The translations under genes were made by a program, and so were the position numbers. From positions 85,336-149,335 of the forward strand of contig JAODND010000089.1 of assembly GCA_025465465.1 (NCBI GenBank): 64,000 bases of DNA, given 5' to 3'. This stretch comes from Frankiales bacterium. Its GTDB lineage: Bacteria; Actinomycetota; Actinomycetes; Mycobacteriales; SCTD01. The notes under the pieces were generated by a model. The model saw nothing but the letters and a program-made list of their open reading frames with translations. It was not told where the DNA came from and searched no databases. This document shows, one piece after another, positions 19,674 to 29,574 of the stretch. Position 1 is the first letter of the stretch. The number at the start of each line of letters is the position of its first letter.

Positions 19674-20108
19674 TCATGTGGACGGGCGGAAGAAGGGAAG
19701 CGCGAGCGGCCCGCCGAGGCCGATGGCCTCGCCGGCTTCCGGGTCCTGGTGCCAGACGAGCTCCAGTGACTGACCGACAACAAGCTGTTCGGGGGCACAC
19801 TCGACGACGTTCGTCATCAGGCGCGGCCCCTCGGCGAGGTCCACCAGGGCAGCCACATACGGCACCCGGTCACGGAACGGCGGCAGGTCGTTGCTGCGCA
19901 CGACCGACCAGGTGTAGAGAGTCGCCCGACCGCTGGCGTTCTCCCAGGTGACGTGCTGAGACCAGCAGGCCGGGCAGAAGGGCCGCGGGTAGAGGAAGGC
20001 GGTCGAGCACGCCTCGCAGCGCTGGATCAGCAGCCTGCCCTCCCGCGCAGCGTCCCACCACGGCCGGTGCTCGTCCTCGATCGTCGGCAGGTCGAAACGC
20101 ACGCTCAC
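19674..20108 (-). CDS. DUF35 Zn-ribbon/OB-fold protein
   Basis: WWDAAREGRLLIQRCEAC...PRPFCPAC, GRATLYTW, DLAEGPRLMTN; GTGA overlap. Confidence 0.92.
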   Translation of the reverse strand: MSVRFDLPTIEDEHRPWWDAAREGRLLIQRCEACSTAFLYPRPFCPACWSQHVTWENASGRATLYTWSVVRSNDLPPFRDRVPYVAALVDLAEGPRLMTNVVECAPEQLVVGQSLELVWHQDPEAGEAIGLGGPLALPFFRPST

Positions 20109-20524
20109 GGCCGCCGCCCGCCGACGCGGGCGGTGGCCTGCCCTTGCACCACGATGTTCCCGTCGCTGTCGACGAGCTGGCAGGAGACCTCCACCGTCCC
20201 GCTCGCCTCGTCTGCGCCGACTACGACAACCCGGGTCGACAGGGGGACGCCAGGCCAGACCTGCTTGGTGAAGCGCACGGCGAACCGGGTGAGGCAGTCC
20301 GGCCCCAGCCAGTCGGTGACCGCCGAGGCGAGGATGCCGGCGTTGAGCATCCCGGGGGCGAACACGCTGGGCATTCCCGCGGCCACTGCCTTCGTCTCGT
20401 CGTGGTGCATCGGGTTGAAGTCGCCAGAGACTCCGGCGTACCGGACGAAGTCGGTGCGGCTGAGCGCGATCTCTGTCGGCACCGCCTCGTCTCCGACCCG
20501 GACGGCTGGGCGGCTGGTCGGCAC
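20105..20524 (-). CDS. MaoC family dehydratase (R-hydratase)
   Basis: YAGVSGDFNPMHHD (D-x4-H dyad), APGM, VRFTKQVWPG. Confidence 0.9.
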   Translation of the reverse strand: MPTSRPAVRVGDEAVPTEIALSRTDFVRYAGVSGDFNPMHHDETKAVAAGMPSVFAPGMLNAGILASAVTDWLGPDCLTRFAVRFTKQVWPGVPLSTRVVVVGADEASGTVEVSCQLVDSDGNIVVQGQATARVGGRRP

Positions 20525-20555
20525 GGCGGCTCCAGATCCTTGTGACGGGAGACAG

Positions 20556-20577
20556 AAATATACAACATGTTGTAGAC
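20556..20577. promoter_or_regulatory. Putative tandem operator (motif 1)
   Basis: AAATATACAACATGTTGTAGAC; contains perfect 14-bp palindrome TACAACATGTTGTA. Confidence 0.65.
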
Positions 20578-20641
20578 GTCGCAGATCGGTCCGCTCGACA
20601 GACTCGGACCTAGGGTTGAGTGCGGCGCGCGGGGCGGCGTT

Positions 20642-20657
20642 ACATCATGTATACAAT
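20642..20657. promoter_or_regulatory. Putative GntR/FadR operator (motif 1)
   Basis: ACATCATGTATACAAT; 15/16 identical to 58939-58954. Confidence 0.7.
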
Positions 20658-20682
20658 CCTGAGCCGGATCTCTGGAGGTGCT

Positions 20683-22314
20683 GTGGTCAGCGGGTCATGG
20701 ACGAGCGGATCGCACCGCACCGTCACGGCACTGATGCGCGAGCGCCTCGCCAGTGCGCCCGATGTCCCGTACCTGGATGTCGGTGGCGAGAGCCTCAGCG
20801 CACGCGACGTCGCGAGCAGGGCGTTCGCCGTCGCCGCCGGCCTGCGGGACATGGGAGTCCAGCCCGGCGACCGCGTCGCGTCGCTGCAGGAGAACAGCCC
20901 GGAGGCGCTGGTCACCTGGTGGGGCACCCTGTTCGCCGGTGCGGTTGCGGTTCCCGTCAACACCGCCTACAAGGGGGAGTACCTGCGCCATCAGCTGTCC
21001 GACGCCGGTGCCCGAGTGCTCGTGGTCGCCGATGACCTGGCCCACCGGGCCGTAGAGGTCAGCGCACAGCTGCCGCAACTCGATCACGTCGTCGTCGTCG
21101 GCAGCGGCGACGTGCAGGTCACGGGCGCCAAGCAGCACGGTTGGGAGGAGGTCCTCGGGGCGGCCGCCGACGATCCCGGGCTCGAACGGCGTCCCTCAGA
21201 TCTCGCGACGTTCGTCTACACCGGCGGCACGACGGGCCTGTCCAAGGGCTGCATGCTCTCGCACGGCTACCACGAGGCCCTGGCTCAGCAGATCGGTCAC
21301 TGCTGGGAGCGCACGGCCGAGGACGTGGTCTGGACGCCACTGCCGATGTTCCACTACAACGCGCTGGTCACGGCCGTGGTCGGGACGCTGGTCTTCGGCG
21401 GAAGGGCGGCCATCTACCGTCGTTTCTCGGTCTCGAACTTCTGGCCGGAGATGAACCGCAACGGCGCCACGATCACCAGCACCCTGGGCACGATGGCGTA
21501 CTTGCTCGCACACGACCAGGACCGGCCGGAGATGCCGAAGTCAGGTGCCGCCGAAGCGAACCACACCTTGCGCTTGATGGGCGCGGCACCCCTGCCTCCC
21601 GAGGTCGACGACGTCCTCCGCGGCCGCTTCGGCATCGAGACGTTCAGCGGTGCCTACGGAGTCACGGAAGCGTCCCTCATCTCCTGGCAGCCCAGGGGGG
21701 TCCGCAACAAGCCTCGCGCTGCTGGGGTCGTCAACGACGACTACTTCGACGTCCGGCTGTTCGACGACGACGACAACGAAGTCGCCACCGGCGAGCAGGG
21801 CGAGATCGTGGTGCGACCAAAGCGGCCGCACGTCATGTTCGAGGGCTACTGGGGGCGCCCGGACGTCACCGTCGAGACCAGCCGCAACTGGTGGTACCAC
21901 ACCGGGGACATCGGCAGGATCGACGAGGACGGCTTCCTCTACTTCGTCGACCGCAAGGCGGACTACCTGCGGCGGCGCGGCGAGAACATCGCTTCCTTCG
22001 AGGTCGAGCGGATCCTGATGGGGCACGGCCAGCTCGCCGACGTCGCCGTGCACGCGGTTCCGAGCCCGCTGACGGAAGATGACCTGAAGGTGACGGCGAC
22101 TCTCGTCGAGGGCTCCACGCTCAGCCACGAGGAGCTGTTTCTCTGGGCTGTCGACCGGCTTCCGTACTTCGCGCTGCCCCGGTACATCGAGTTCCGGGAC
22201 GACCTGCCGCGCAGCCCAGTCGGGCGGGTGCTGAAGCGACAGCTGCGTGAAGAAGGCGCCGCTGCCGGCAGCTGGGACGTCGAGGCGTCCGGGATCACCT
22301 ACGAGAAGCGCTGA
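20683..22314 (+). CDS. AMP-forming acyl-CoA ligase (CaiC-like)
   Basis: YTGGTTGLSKG, YGVTEA, YHTGD, RRGENI, GRVLK; GGAGG before GTG 20683 (start approximate). Confidence 0.92.
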   Translation: MVSGSWTSGSHRTVTALMRERLASAPDVPYLDVGGESLSARDVASRAFAVAAGLRDMGVQPGDRVASLQENSPEALVTWWGTLFAGAVAVPVNTAYKGEYLRHQLSDAGARVLVVADDLAHRAVEVSAQLPQLDHVVVVGSGDVQVTGAKQHGWEEVLGAAADDPGLERRPSDLATFVYTGGTTGLSKGCMLSHGYHEALAQQIGHCWERTAEDVVWTPLPMFHYNALVTAVVGTLVFGGRAAIYRRFSVSNFWPEMNRNGATITSTLGTMAYLLAHDQDRPEMPKSGAAEANHTLRLMGAAPLPPEVDDVLRGRFGIETFSGAYGVTEASLISWQPRGVRNKPRAAGVVNDDYFDVRLFDDDDNEVATGEQGEIVVRPKRPHVMFEGYWGRPDVTVETSRNWWYHTGDIGRIDEDGFLYFVDRKADYLRRRGENIASFEVERILMGHGQLADVAVHAVPSPLTEDDLKVTATLVEGSTLSHEELFLWAVDRLPYFALPRYIEFRDDLPRSPVGRVLKRQLREEGAAAGSWDVEASGITYEKR

Positions 22315-22324
22315 GGAGCAGCAC

Positions 22325-23086
22325 ATGTCGGACAACAGCGCGCTGGTCACCGGAGCAGGCTCCGGGCTGGGGCAGGCGACCGCACGGCGGCTCGCCCGGA
22401 GCGGCCGCTACGTCGTGCTGTTCGACCGGGACGGTGAGGCGGCCGCTCGCACGGCCAAGGAGCTCGGCGACAACGCCGTCGCCGTCGGCGGCGACGCCCT
22501 CGTGGACGCCGACGTCGAGACGGCCCTCGACGCCGCCACCGCCGTCGCACCGCTGCGCGCGGTCGTGCTCTGCGCCGGCGGCGCGCCCCGCTCGGAGCGC
22601 ACCGTCACCCGCGACGGCACCCCGCACGACCCCGACCTCTTCCGGCGCGTACTCCAGCTCAACGTCGAGACGACCTTCAACGTGCTGCGTCTCGCCGCCG
22701 CGAGGATGGCGGCGCAGGAGCCGGCCCTGTCCGGAGAGCGCGGGTCGGTGGTCCTGACCAGCAGCATCGCCGCCTACGAAGGGCAGGTGGGTCAGCTCGC
22801 CTACGCCGCCTCCAAGGGCGCGATCGTGTCGATGACCCTCACAGCCGCCCGCGACCTTGCTGCCGCCGGCATTCGTGTCAACACCATCGCGCCCGGCACG
22901 ATGCACACCGCGGCATGGGATGGGTACGACGACATCAGGAAGGCCCTCGAGGCGAAGGTGCCGTTTCCGCCGCGTCTTGGGGACCCGGACGAGTTCGCGG
23001 CGCTGGCCGAGCACATGGTGACGAACGGCTACGTCAACGGCACGGTCGTCCGACTTGACGGGGCCATCAGGTTCGAGCCCAAGTGA
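22325..23086 (+). CDS. SDR, 3-hydroxyacyl-CoA dehydrogenase type II-like
   Basis: TGAGSGLG, TSSIAAYEGQVGQLAYAASKG, RLDGAIR; GAGGAG RBS. Confidence 0.9.
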   Translation: MSDNSALVTGAGSGLGQATARRLARSGRYVVLFDRDGEAAARTAKELGDNAVAVGGDALVDADVETALDAATAVAPLRAVVLCAGGAPRSERTVTRDGTPHDPDLFRRVLQLNVETTFNVLRLAAARMAAQEPALSGERGSVVLTSSIAAYEGQVGQLAYAASKGAIVSMTLTAARDLAAAGIRVNTIAPGTMHTAAWDGYDDIRKALEAKVPFPPRLGDPDEFAALAEHMVTNGYVNGTVVRLDGAIRFEPK

Positions 23087-24315
23087 CCGGCTCTGGACTG
23101 CGGGACGCGGTGATCTGCGAACCGCTGCGCACCCCGGTCGGCCGCTACGGAGGTGCGCTGAAGGACGTACCCGCGCACTCCTTGGCCGCCACCATCGTCA
23201 AGGCGGTCGTCGAGCGGGCCGGACTCGGACCCGAGGACGTCGACGACGTCGTCCTCGGACAGTGCTACCCGAACGGCGAAGCGCCCGCCATCGGGCGCGT
23301 CGCAGCGCTCGACGCGGGCCTGCCCGTCTCGGTCACCGGCATCCAGATCGATCGGCGCTGCGGGTCGGGGCTGCAGGCCGTGCTGTATGCCGCGATGCAG
23401 GTGCAGTGCGGTGCCGCCGAACTCGTGCTCGCCGGCGGCGCGGAGAGCATGAGCTCGGCGGCGTTCTACTCGACGCAGCTGCGTTGGGGCGCCACGGGCG
23501 ACGGCCTGAAGCTGCACGACACGCTCGTGCGGGGGCGCACCACGGCGGGCGGTGCCGGCTACCCGGTGCCGGGCGGCATGCTGGAAACGGCGGAGAACCT
23601 GCGCCGGGAGTACGGCATCCCCAGGCATGAGCAAGATGAGCTCGCGGTCCTGAGTCACGAGCGCGCCATCGCGGCCCAGCGCAGCGGCGCCTTCGCCGAG
23701 GAGATCGTCCCGGTCACCGTCAGGTCGCGCCGCGGGGTCGTTGTCGTCGACACCGACGAGCATCCGCGGGCCGACACCACCGAAGAGTCCTTGGCGCGGC
23801 TTCGGCCCGTGCTGGCGGAGCAGGACCCCGACGCGACGGTCACGGCCGGTAACGCGAGCGGTCAGAACGACGGCGCCGCCGCGTGCATCGTCACCTCGAG
23901 CGCGCGAGCCGAACAGCTCGGACTGCGGCCGCTCGCGCGGCTGGTCAGCTGGGGTCTAGCCGGCGTGCCCCCGCGCACCATGGGCATCGGCCCGGTGCCG
24001 TCGACCGCGCTCGCACTGGAGCGTGCGGGCCTGACGCTCGCCGACATCGACCTGATCGAGGTGAACGAGGCCTTCGCGGCGCAGGTCCTCGCCTGCACCA
24101 GGGAGTGGGGCTTCGGTCGCGACGATCTCGCGCGGCTCAACGTGAACGGCTCCGGCATCTCGCTGGGCCACCCGGTTGGCGCGACCGGCGTCCGCATCCT
24201 GACGACGTTGCTGAGGGAGATGGACCGCCGGCAGTCGCGTTATGGACTGGAGACCATGTGCATCGGCGGGGGGCAAGGACTCGCGGCAGTCTTCGAGCGG
24301 GTCAGCCGACCGTGA
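23083..24315 (+). CDS. Acetyl-CoA C-acyltransferase (thiolase)
   Basis: DRRCGSG, NEAFA, GHPVGATG, CIGGG - all catalytic motifs intact. Confidence 0.95.
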   Translation: MTGSGLRDAVICEPLRTPVGRYGGALKDVPAHSLAATIVKAVVERAGLGPEDVDDVVLGQCYPNGEAPAIGRVAALDAGLPVSVTGIQIDRRCGSGLQAVLYAAMQVQCGAAELVLAGGAESMSSAAFYSTQLRWGATGDGLKLHDTLVRGRTTAGGAGYPVPGGMLETAENLRREYGIPRHEQDELAVLSHERAIAAQRSGAFAEEIVPVTVRSRRGVVVVDTDEHPRADTTEESLARLRPVLAEQDPDATVTAGNASGQNDGAAACIVTSSARAEQLGLRPLARLVSWGLAGVPPRTMGIGPVPSTALALERAGLTLADIDLIEVNEAFAAQVLACTREWGFGRDDLARLNVNGSGISLGHPVGATGVRILTTLLREMDRRQSRYGLETMCIGGGQGLAAVFERVSRP

Positions 24316-24709
24316 TCTCGCGGCAGGACACGCGCCATCCGACAACCGTCCTGACCAGCGTGTCGCGGTAGTGCCCCATCGCCTGCAGCGTCGGGCTCGT
24401 CAAGGTCTGGGTGAAGAACTGCCAGTACGACTCGGCCACGGCGCAGTCGCCCTGCAGCCGGACGGCAGTCGTGCTCACCAGGTGACGTGAGGCGCTGCCG
24501 GGGCCGGCAGTGCCCGCGGCTCGTCGGTCCAGACCGCCCTGACGGATCTGCTCGTGGCCTCGGCGCGGACCTCCGGGCATGTCCCAGTGGGCGTCCTCGG
24601 TGAACAGCTGCACGTAGTCCTCAAGCTCGCCGGCGTCAGCGAGCAGAGCCAGCTGGGCCACGACGTTGCGGATCTCGAGCTCGTCCCGGACGGGATCTGG
24701 GTCAGCCAT
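24302..24709 (-). CDS. SnoaL/NTF2-like family protein
   Basis: DELEIRNVVAQLALLADAG...LFTEDA, RHLVS, GHYRDTLVRT..GWR; GGAGG RBS before ATG 24709. Confidence 0.87.
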   Translation of the reverse strand: MADPDPVRDELEIRNVVAQLALLADAGELEDYVQLFTEDAHWDMPGGPRRGHEQIRQGGLDRRAAGTAGPGSASRHLVSTTAVRLQGDCAVAESYWQFFTQTLTSPTLQAMGHYRDTLVRTVVGWRVSCREITVG

Positions 24710-24723
24710 GGCCACCTCCCTTC

Positions 24724-24738
24724 CATAATGTATACGTT
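24724..24738. promoter_or_regulatory. Putative GntR/FadR operator (motif 1)
   Basis: CATAATGTATACGTT in 51-bp divergent spacer. Confidence 0.62.
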
Positions 24739-24760
24739 GTGTCTCACCGCAGGAGGAACA

Positions 24761-26446
24761 GTGACCGCTGACAGCCCGGCGCATCCCGTCGGACCGACCT
24801 GGCAGGACCCGCGCGCAGATCTGCGCTGGCAGACCACGAGCGGACTGCTCCGCGACGCCGCACAGCGCCTCGGCGATGCTGAGGCCGTGGTCGACGGCGA
24901 GCTCCGCCTGACCTACCGCCAGCTCGACGAGCACGTCAGCCGAGCCGCGGCGGCGTTCCTGGCGGCTGGGGTCGGCCACGGCGACCGGGTCAGCATCTGG
25001 GGCCCGAACTGCGCCGGCTGGATCGTGGCCGCGCTGGGCCTTCAGCGCGCCGGAGGTGTTCTCGTGCCGCTCAACACCAGGTTCCTCGGTGAGGAGGCCG
25101 CGTACGTGCTGCGGACCAGCCGTGCCCGCGTGCTGGTCACGGTCAACGGGTTCCTCGGGCACGACTACCTGGAGATGCTCCGGGGCGCCGCAGGCGGCGC
25201 CGGCCAGGACCGGCCTGTCGCAGACCTGCCCGAGCTGAGCTCTGTGGTGCTCCTGGAGGGCGACCCTCCGGACGGTCCCGGTGTGCGGTCATGGGAGGAC
25301 TTCTTGGCACAGCAAGCGCCTCAGGCCGAGGTGCTCGAGCGGGAGGCCGCGCTCGGCCCTGATGACGTCTCGGACGTGCTGTTCACCTCGGGGACCACAG
25401 GGCGTCCGAAGGGTGCCGTGTGCACCCACGGGCAGACGCTGCGCGCCTACGCCGTCTGGTCCTCGGTCGTCGGCCTGCGGGAGGGCGACCGGTACCTCGT
25501 CGTGAACCCGTTCTTCCACGGGTTCGGCTACAAGGCAGGATGGCTGGCCTGCCTGCTCAGCGGTGCGACAGCGGTTCCCGCGCGCACCCTGGATGTGCCG
25601 GCCGTGCTGGACGCGGTGCGCCGCGAGCGCATCACGGTGCTGCCGGGCACCCCCACGCTGTACCAGACGCTGCTCGAGCATCCCTCGTTCAGCCGCGACG
25701 GGGTGGCCACGCTGCGGCTCGCCGTGACGGGGGCGGCCAGCGTCCCGCCGTCCCTGCTGCACCGGATCCGCGACGAGATCGGGTTCGAGCACGTCGTGAC
25801 GGGCTATGGGCTCACCGAGTCGTGCGCGATCGTGTCGATGTGCCGCTACGACGACCCGCTGGAGGTCGTCGCGACCAGCGCCGGGCACCCGTTGCCTGGT
25901 CTCGAGGTCCGGATCGTCGACCCCGAGGGTCGTGCCGTGCCGGCTGGCGGCGAAGGCGAGGTCGTGGTCCGAGGCTACACCGTCATGCGGGGATACCTCG
26001 ACGACCCGGAGGCCACGGCCGAGGCGATCGACGCGGACGGCTGGCTGCACACCGGTGACGTCGGGCGTCTCGACGAAGGCGGCCGCATCACGATCACCGA
26101 CCGGCTCAAGGACATGTACATCATCGGCGGGTTCAACGCCTATCCGGCCGAGATCGAGTCGCTGCTCAGCAAGCACCCCGAGCTGTCCCAAGTCGCTGTG
26201 ATCGGCGTGCCCGACGAGCGGATGGGCGAGGTGGGGGCGGCGTACGTCGTGCCACGGCGGGGAGCCGCTCCGAGCGAGGACGAGGTCATCGGCTGGTGCC
26301 GTGCGCACATGGCGAACTACAAGGTCCCTCGGGTGGTACGGGTCGTCGGCGAGCTTCCCCTCAACGCCAGCGGAAAGGTCCTCAAGAACGAGCTCCGCGA
26401 GCGCTTCTCGGCAGAGTCCTCCGCGACCGCAGCGACCAGCGCGTGA
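24761..26446 (+). CDS. Acyl-CoA ligase, FadD3 (HIP-CoA ligase)-like
   Basis: N-terminus (DAEAVVDG, WGPN, PLNTRF.GEEA, FLG.DY) recalls FadD3; FTSGTTGRPKG, FFHGFGYKAG, GGFNAYPAEIE; AGGAGG RBS before GTG. Confidence 0.85.
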   Translation: MTADSPAHPVGPTWQDPRADLRWQTTSGLLRDAAQRLGDAEAVVDGELRLTYRQLDEHVSRAAAAFLAAGVGHGDRVSIWGPNCAGWIVAALGLQRAGGVLVPLNTRFLGEEAAYVLRTSRARVLVTVNGFLGHDYLEMLRGAAGGAGQDRPVADLPELSSVVLLEGDPPDGPGVRSWEDFLAQQAPQAEVLEREAALGPDDVSDVLFTSGTTGRPKGAVCTHGQTLRAYAVWSSVVGLREGDRYLVVNPFFHGFGYKAGWLACLLSGATAVPARTLDVPAVLDAVRRERITVLPGTPTLYQTLLEHPSFSRDGVATLRLAVTGAASVPPSLLHRIRDEIGFEHVVTGYGLTESCAIVSMCRYDDPLEVVATSAGHPLPGLEVRIVDPEGRAVPAGGEGEVVVRGYTVMRGYLDDPEATAEAIDADGWLHTGDVGRLDEGGRITITDRLKDMYIIGGFNAYPAEIESLLSKHPELSQVAVIGVPDERMGEVGAAYVVPRRGAAPSEDEVIGWCRAHMANYKVPRVVRVVGELPLNASGKVLKNELRERFSAESSATAATSA

Positions 26447-27261
26447 CGTCCCCGCCTCTCGAGCCGCTCGTGGAGGGACTGCTGGTAGGCCGGGACGGGG
26501 CCCTGCTCGAGCTCGTCATCGACCGGCCGACGGCCAAGGGCAGCCTCAACGACGCCGTCGTCGCCGGCCTGATCGCGCAGTTGGAGCGTGCCTCGACCGA
26601 CCAGTCGCTGCGGGCTGTGCTGCTGCGCAGCTCAGGCGCCGACTTCTGCAGCGGCTTCGACATCGTGGGCCGCAACGCCGGGTCTGCCGAGCGGCCCCGC
26701 ACCGGCAGCATCCAGCGGCGGCTCCCGACGCAGGCACACCGCCTGGTCCCGCTGGTGCTGGGACTGCAGCTGCCGGTGGTCTGCGCCGTCCGCGGGTGGG
26801 CGGTCGGCATCGGTGCGCAGCTGGCCGCAGCGAGCGACCACGCCGTCGTCGCCGACGACGCGAGGTTCTGGTGGCCCTTCGTCGACCGCGGGTTCACCCC
26901 GGACTCCGCCAGCACCTGGCTGGTGCCGCGGCTGGTGGGGCCGGTCCGGGCGCGCGAGCTCCTGCTGCGCGGTCGGCGCCTGGACGGCGCGACCGCCGTT
27001 GAGTGGGGTCTCGTCGCGGAGGCGGCCCCCCCGGAGCAGGTGAACGCGCTGGCGCGTGAACGGGCGCAGGAGCTCGCGATGCGCGCCACGGTCGCGCTCG
27101 GCCTGACCAAGGCGTTGCTGGCAGCCGCGCCGGACAACACCCTCGAGCGTCATCTCGAGGCCGAAGCGATGGCCATGGAGCTGAGTTCACGCAGCCCGGA
27201 CTTCAAAGAGGGACTGCGCGCGTTTGTCGAGCGCCGACCACCGGACTTCAGCGGTCAGTAG
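26443..27261 (+). CDS. Enoyl-CoA hydratase/isomerase family protein
   Basis: FCSGFD, PVVCAVRG, RGFTPD, DFKEG; GTGA overlap. Confidence 0.88.
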   Translation: MTSPPLEPLVEGLLVGRDGALLELVIDRPTAKGSLNDAVVAGLIAQLERASTDQSLRAVLLRSSGADFCSGFDIVGRNAGSAERPRTGSIQRRLPTQAHRLVPLVLGLQLPVVCAVRGWAVGIGAQLAAASDHAVVADDARFWWPFVDRGFTPDSASTWLVPRLVGPVRARELLLRGRRLDGATAVEWGLVAEAAPPEQVNALARERAQELAMRATVALGLTKALLAAAPDNTLERHLEAEAMAMELSSRSPDFKEGLRAFVERRPPDFSGQ

Positions 27262-27265
27262 ACCG

Positions 27266-28087
27266 TCAAGAAAGACCTCTCACAGACCAGATCGGCTCAC
27301 GCTTCTCGCTGAACGCGAGAGGACCCTCGGTCTGGTCCGGGTGCCCCCACACCGAGACCAGCTCCTGCACGCCGGCCTTGCAGGCGTCGGTGAGGCCGCG
27401 CTCGAGGGCTCCCCACAGCGCGCGCTTGGTCGCGGCCAACGCGGCCGGGCTGTTGAGCGCGATCTTCTCGGCGAGTTCCTGCGCGGCTTCGTGCAGCCGT
27501 TCCGGCGGATCGACGACCTCACTGACCATGCCGAGTTCGAAGGCGCGGGCAGCGGACAGCCGCTCGTACCTGCCGACGAGAGCCATCCGCAGGACGGCCT
27601 CAGCGGGCATCTTGCGCATGAGCCCGATCGTCTCGACGGCGCTCACCTGTCCCACCGATACGTGCGGGTCGAGGAAGCTCGCGTCGGAGGCGGCGAGCAC
27701 GATGTCGGCGTCGGCCACGAAGTGCAGACCGCCCCCCGCGCACGCGCCGTTGACGGCCGCGATCACGGGCTTCCACACCCCGAGGTGCCAGGCGGTGAAC
27801 CCCAGGTCCCATGCCTCCAGCGACGTGCGGTAGCGCTCCATCCCGACGCCGTCGGTGGCGAGCTCCACGACGTCGGCGCCGGTCTGGAAGTCGCGTCCTT
27901 GTCCGCCGTTGACGATGACGCGCACCTCCGGGTCGGCGTCGAGGACGTTCCAGGCCTTCCGGAGCTCGTCGCGCATGCCGTTGTTCATCGCGTTGCGACG
28001 CTCCGGCCGGGCGAACAGGATCCACCCGACCCGGCCTCGACGCTCCACGACCAGGGTGTCGAACCCGTCGTAGCTGTGGACTGTCAT
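27266..28087 (-). CDS. Enoyl-CoA hydratase/isomerase family protein (DPH-type)
   Basis: RRNAMN, FQTGAD, KPVIAAVNG, FLDPHV; ATGA overlap. Confidence 0.9.
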   Translation of the reverse strand: MTVHSYDGFDTLVVERRGRVGWILFARPERRNAMNNGMRDELRKAWNVLDADPEVRVIVNGGQGRDFQTGADVVELATDGVGMERYRTSLEAWDLGFTAWHLGVWKPVIAAVNGACAGGGLHFVADADIVLAASDASFLDPHVSVGQVSAVETIGLMRKMPAEAVLRMALVGRYERLSAARAFELGMVSEVVDPPERLHEAAQELAEKIALNSPAALAATKRALWGALERGLTDACKAGVQELVSVWGHPDQTEGPLAFSEKREPIWSVRGLS

Positions 28088-29574
28088 GTGAGCTCCTCCA
28101 CGAGCACTCTCCTCAGTACCTTCCCGACCTCGTTGCGCGGGAAGTCCTCGCGCACGTGAACCGCCACGGGGATCTTGTAGCCGGTCAGCACCTCACGAAG
28201 TGCGCGCACGACGTCCTCCGCATCGACGTGAGCACTCGCCTCCGGGACGATCCACGCGACAGGGACCTCACCGAGCCGGTCATCCGGCACGCCCGCCACG
28301 CAGGCGTCCGCGACACCTGGGATGTTGCGCAGCGCGTCCTCCACCTCCTGGGGCAGCACCTTGAGCCCACCCCGGTTGATGACGTCCGCGACGCGACCCT
28401 CCAGCCACAGGAAGCCGTCCTCGTCGAGGCGACCCAGGTCACCGGTCCGCAGGTGGCCGTCCACCAGCCTGGCCGCGATCTCAGGGGAGGGGCTCGCTGA
28501 TGGCGAGGCAACCCAGATCTCGCCGACCTCTCCGACAGGCGCTCCCTCGCCGTCCTGCGTGAGCACCTTCAACGACACCCCGGAGTGCGGGCGTCCCACC
28601 GCGCCGAGCTTGTCCTCGCCGAAGGCTTCCAGGTCGGCTGCGGTCCAGCCGACCACCTCGCTGCCGAGCTCGGTCTGCCCGTAGCAGTTCATGACCCCGA
28701 CGCCGAACTTCTCCCGGAACGATCGGGCCTGCTGCGGCGTCAGGGGCGCGGTGATGCTGCGGACCCGGCGCAGTGGCGCCAGGTCGGTGACGTCCGGGTC
28801 GGCGACGAGCATCGCCATCATCGCCGGCGCGAGCACGGTGGACCGGATCTCGAAACGCCTGACCAGCTCGGCGTAGGCAGCAGGTTCGAAGCGGTCCAGC
28901 AGCACGACCGGAGCGCCTGCGCGCAGCGCGAACAACCCGTTCCACACGCCGGCCCACAGCGCCTGGCTCGACGGTACGAGGTTCGGCATCCGCGACCCGC
29001 TGCTGCGGCCACCCCGCAGGTTGTCGAGCACGCGGTCGATGCCGTCGAGAACACCCTCGTGCGACAGTGCGATCGTCTTGGCCTCGCCCGTCGTGCCGGA
29101 CGTCCGCATCAGCAACGCGGTGCTTTCGGGAAGACGCTCGCCGAACCAGGGGAAGCACGCTGAGGCGTGCCACTGCTGCGGTGACGTCTCCACCACCCAG
29201 CGCACACCGGTCTGCAGGGTCCGGGGCCTGCCGACGACGGCCGCGGGGCGCAACGCGTCGAGCGCTGCCTCCAGTTCGTGGTCGGTGGAGCGGCCGTTCA
29301 GCGGCACGTGCACGCCGCCGACCAGCCAGGTGCCGAACATCACCGCGATGGCGCTCACGCCGCCGTCCACGATGCAGGCCACCGGGGAACCAGCGTCGAC
29401 ACACGACGCTCGCAAGGCGTCGGCGACGCGTTCGGCCGCTGCCTTCAGCTCTCCGAGGGAGAGGCTGTCGTCGGGCGTGTGCAGGACTGCCTCATCGGGC
29501 CCCGCCGGATGGTCACGGAGCAGTGCTGCGAGCGGCGCCAGCACGTCGGGGTTCTCGTCGGCTGTCGTCGTCAC
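28084..29574 (-). CDS. AMP-forming acyl-CoA synthetase
   Basis: RTSGTTGEAK, YGQTE, LRTGD, RGGLKVLPQEVE, GKV; GTGA overlap at 29574. Confidence 0.9.
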   Translation of the reverse strand: MTTTADENPDVLAPLAALLRDHPAGPDEAVLHTPDDSLSLGELKAAAERVADALRASCVDAGSPVACIVDGGVSAIAVMFGTWLVGGVHVPLNGRSTDHELEAALDALRPAAVVGRPRTLQTGVRWVVETSPQQWHASACFPWFGERLPESTALLMRTSGTTGEAKTIALSHEGVLDGIDRVLDNLRGGRSSGSRMPNLVPSSQALWAGVWNGLFALRAGAPVVLLDRFEPAAYAELVRRFEIRSTVLAPAMMAMLVADPDVTDLAPLRRVRSITAPLTPQQARSFREKFGVGVMNCYGQTELGSEVVGWTAADLEAFGEDKLGAVGRPHSGVSLKVLTQDGEGAPVGEVGEIWVASPSASPSPEIAARLVDGHLRTGDLGRLDEDGFLWLEGRVADVINRGGLKVLPQEVEDALRNIPGVADACVAGVPDDRLGEVPVAWIVPEASAHVDAEDVVRALREVLTGYKIPVAVHVREDFPRNEVGKVLRRVLVEELT

